From Auanema rhodensis (lineage: Eukaryota > Animalia > Nematoda): DNA of 64,000 nt. Of the stretch, positions 62,001 to 64,000 are shown piece after piece. Position 1 is the first letter of the stretch. Every line of letters starts with the position of its first letter. The stretch covers positions 15,872,001-15,936,000 of the forward strand of contig OZ059899.1 of the NCBI GenBank assembly GCA_964057225.1, given 5' to 3'. Under the pieces are notes generated by a model. The model was not told where the DNA came from. It was given only the letters and a program-made list of their open reading frames with translations, and searched no databases. Both the position numbers and the translations under genes were made by a program.

Positions 62001-64000
62001 GCAGGCTGTAGTCACGTTGTGTCCGGTGAATGTTCGCTTTTCTCTAAGATCATCATCGAAAATCAAATAAAAACACTTTGAGGTGGGGTATTCAGATGTG
62101 TAGATTCTGAATCTCTTAGAGAAATTTGGCTAGGACTTCTCCTGTTTACGGAAAAACGGTTTATATCGACGCCATCCACAAGATTTGTTCACAAAAAAGT
62201 TCAGGCTGTAGACACGTTGTGTCCGGTGAATGTTCGCTTTGCTCCAAGACCATTATCCAAAATCAAATAAAAATACTTTGAGGTGGGGTATTCAGATGTG
62301 TAGATTCTCAATCTCTTAGTGAAATTTAGCTAGGACTTCTCCTGTTTACGGAAAAACGGTTTATATCGACGCCATCCACAAGATTTGTTCACAAAAAAGT
62401 TCAGGCTGTAGTCACGTTGTGTCCGGTGAATGTTCGCTTTGCTCCAAGACCATTATCCAAAATCAAATAAAAATACTTTGAGGTGGGGTATTCAGATGTG
62501 TAGATTCTCAATCTCTTAGTGAAATTTAGCTAGGACTTCTCCTGTTTACGGAAAAACGGTTTATATCGACGCCATCCACAAGATTTGTTCACAAAAAAGT
62601 TCAGGCTGTAGACACGTTGTGTCCGGTGAATGTTCGCTTTGCTCCAAGACCATTATCCAAAATCAAATGAAAATACTTTGAGGTGGGGTATTCAGATGTG
62701 TAGATTCTCAATCTCTTAGTGAAATTTAGCTAGGACTTCTCCTGTTTACGGAAAAACGGTTTATATCGACGCCATCCACAAGATTTGTTCACAAAAAAGT
62801 TCAGGCTGTAGACACGTTGTGTCCGGTGAATGTTCGCTTTGCTCCAAGACCATTATCCAAAATCAAATGAAAATACTTTGAGGTGGGGTATTCAGATGTG
62901 TAGATTCTCAATCTCTTAGTGAAATTTAGCTAGGACTTCTCCTGTTTACGGAAAAACGGTTTATATCGACGCCATCCACAAGATTTGTTCACAAAAAAGT
63001 TCAGGCTGTAGACACGTTGTGTCCGGTGAATGTTCGCTTTGCTCCAAGACCATTATCCAAAATCAAATGAAAATACTTTGAGGTGGGGTATTCAGATGTT
63101 TAGATTCTGAATCTCTTGGAGAAATTTGGCTAGGACTTCTCCTGTTTCCGAAAAAACGGTTTATATCGACGCCATCCACAAGATTTGTTCACAAAAAAGT
63201 TCAGGCTGTAGACACGTTGTGTCCGGTGAATGTTCGCTTTGCTCCAAGACCATTATCCAAAATCAAATAAAAATACTTTGAGGTGGGGTATTCAGATGTT
63301 TAGATTCTGAATCTCTTAGAGAAATTTGGCTAGGACTTCTCCTGTTTACGGAAAAACGGTTTATATCGACGCCATCCACAAGATTTGTTCACAAAAAAGT
63401 TCAGGCTGTAGACACGTTGTGTCCGGTGAATGTTCGCTTTGCTCCAAGACCATTATCCAAAATCAAATGAAAATACTTTGAGGTGGGGTATTCAGATGTG
63501 TAGATTCTCAATCTCTTAGTGAAATTTAGCTAGGACTTCTCCTGTTTACGGAAAAACGGTTTATATCGACGCCATCCACAAGATTTGTTCACAAAAAAGT
63601 TCAGGCTGTAGACACGTTGTGTCCGGTGAATGTTCGCTTTGCTCCAAGACCATTATCCAAAATCAAATGAAAATACTTTGAGGTGGGGTATTCAGATGTG
63701 TAGATTCTCAATCTCTTAGTGAAATTTAGCTAGGACTTCTCCTGTTTACGGAAAAACGGTTTATATCGACGCCATCCACAAGATTTGTTCACAAAAAAGT
63801 TCAGGCTGTAGACACGTTGTGTCCGGTGAATGTTCGCTTTGCTCCAAGACCATTATCCAAAATCAAATGAAAATACTTTGAGGTGGGGTATTCAGATGTT
63901 TAGATTCTGAATCTCTTGGAGAAATTTGGCTAGGACTTCTCCTGTTTCCGAAAAAACGGTTTATATCGACGCCATCCACAAGATTTGTTCACAAAAAAGT
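56008..64000. repeat. 200-bp tandem satellite array, right part (~40 monomers, runs off the window)
   Basis: The same monomer resumes in register after the TSD and continues at an exact 200-bp period to the end. Confidence 0.99.

Noticed and set aside
42767-64000. Array considered as a CRISPR array, 5S rDNA or canonical SL1 cluster
   Set aside because: No unique spacers and the context is eukaryotic; no 5S sequence; no full GGTTTAATTACCCAAGTTTGAG leader. GGTTTATATCG...CACAAG resembles SL2 ends but lacks a following GT donor.

Overview
Eukaryotic, intron-rich, AT-rich DNA of a rhabditid-type nematode, judged from ~45-50 bp GT-AG introns, TTTCAG/TTTTAG acceptors and close similarity to C. elegans proteins. 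Bases 1-42.7 kb are a compact gene block: a small secreted ground-like-type protein, a multi-ShKT protein, nhl-1 (TRIM-NHL), SRP9, then a co-directional kinesin-4 (klp-19-like) / DNA polymerase theta (polq-1) / DNA polymerase zeta (rev-3) run with operon-like spacing, and a C2H2/Cys-His zinc-finger gene. The Vsx homeobox gene ceh-10 is nested antisense in a polq-1 intron. At ~42,767 the sequence switches abruptly to an exactly 200-bp tandem satellite (about 73 monomers to the window end) with higher-order duplicated blocks. An intact, very young BEL/Pao LTR retrotransposon (49,360-56,007) has inserted into the array. It has identical 231-bp LTRs, a GTAGT target-site duplication and a tRNA-Gly-type PBS, and its gag and pol are split at an AUGA overlap preceded by slippery heptamers. 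Exon structures were assembled by eye and gene names rest on recalled motifs, not database searches.
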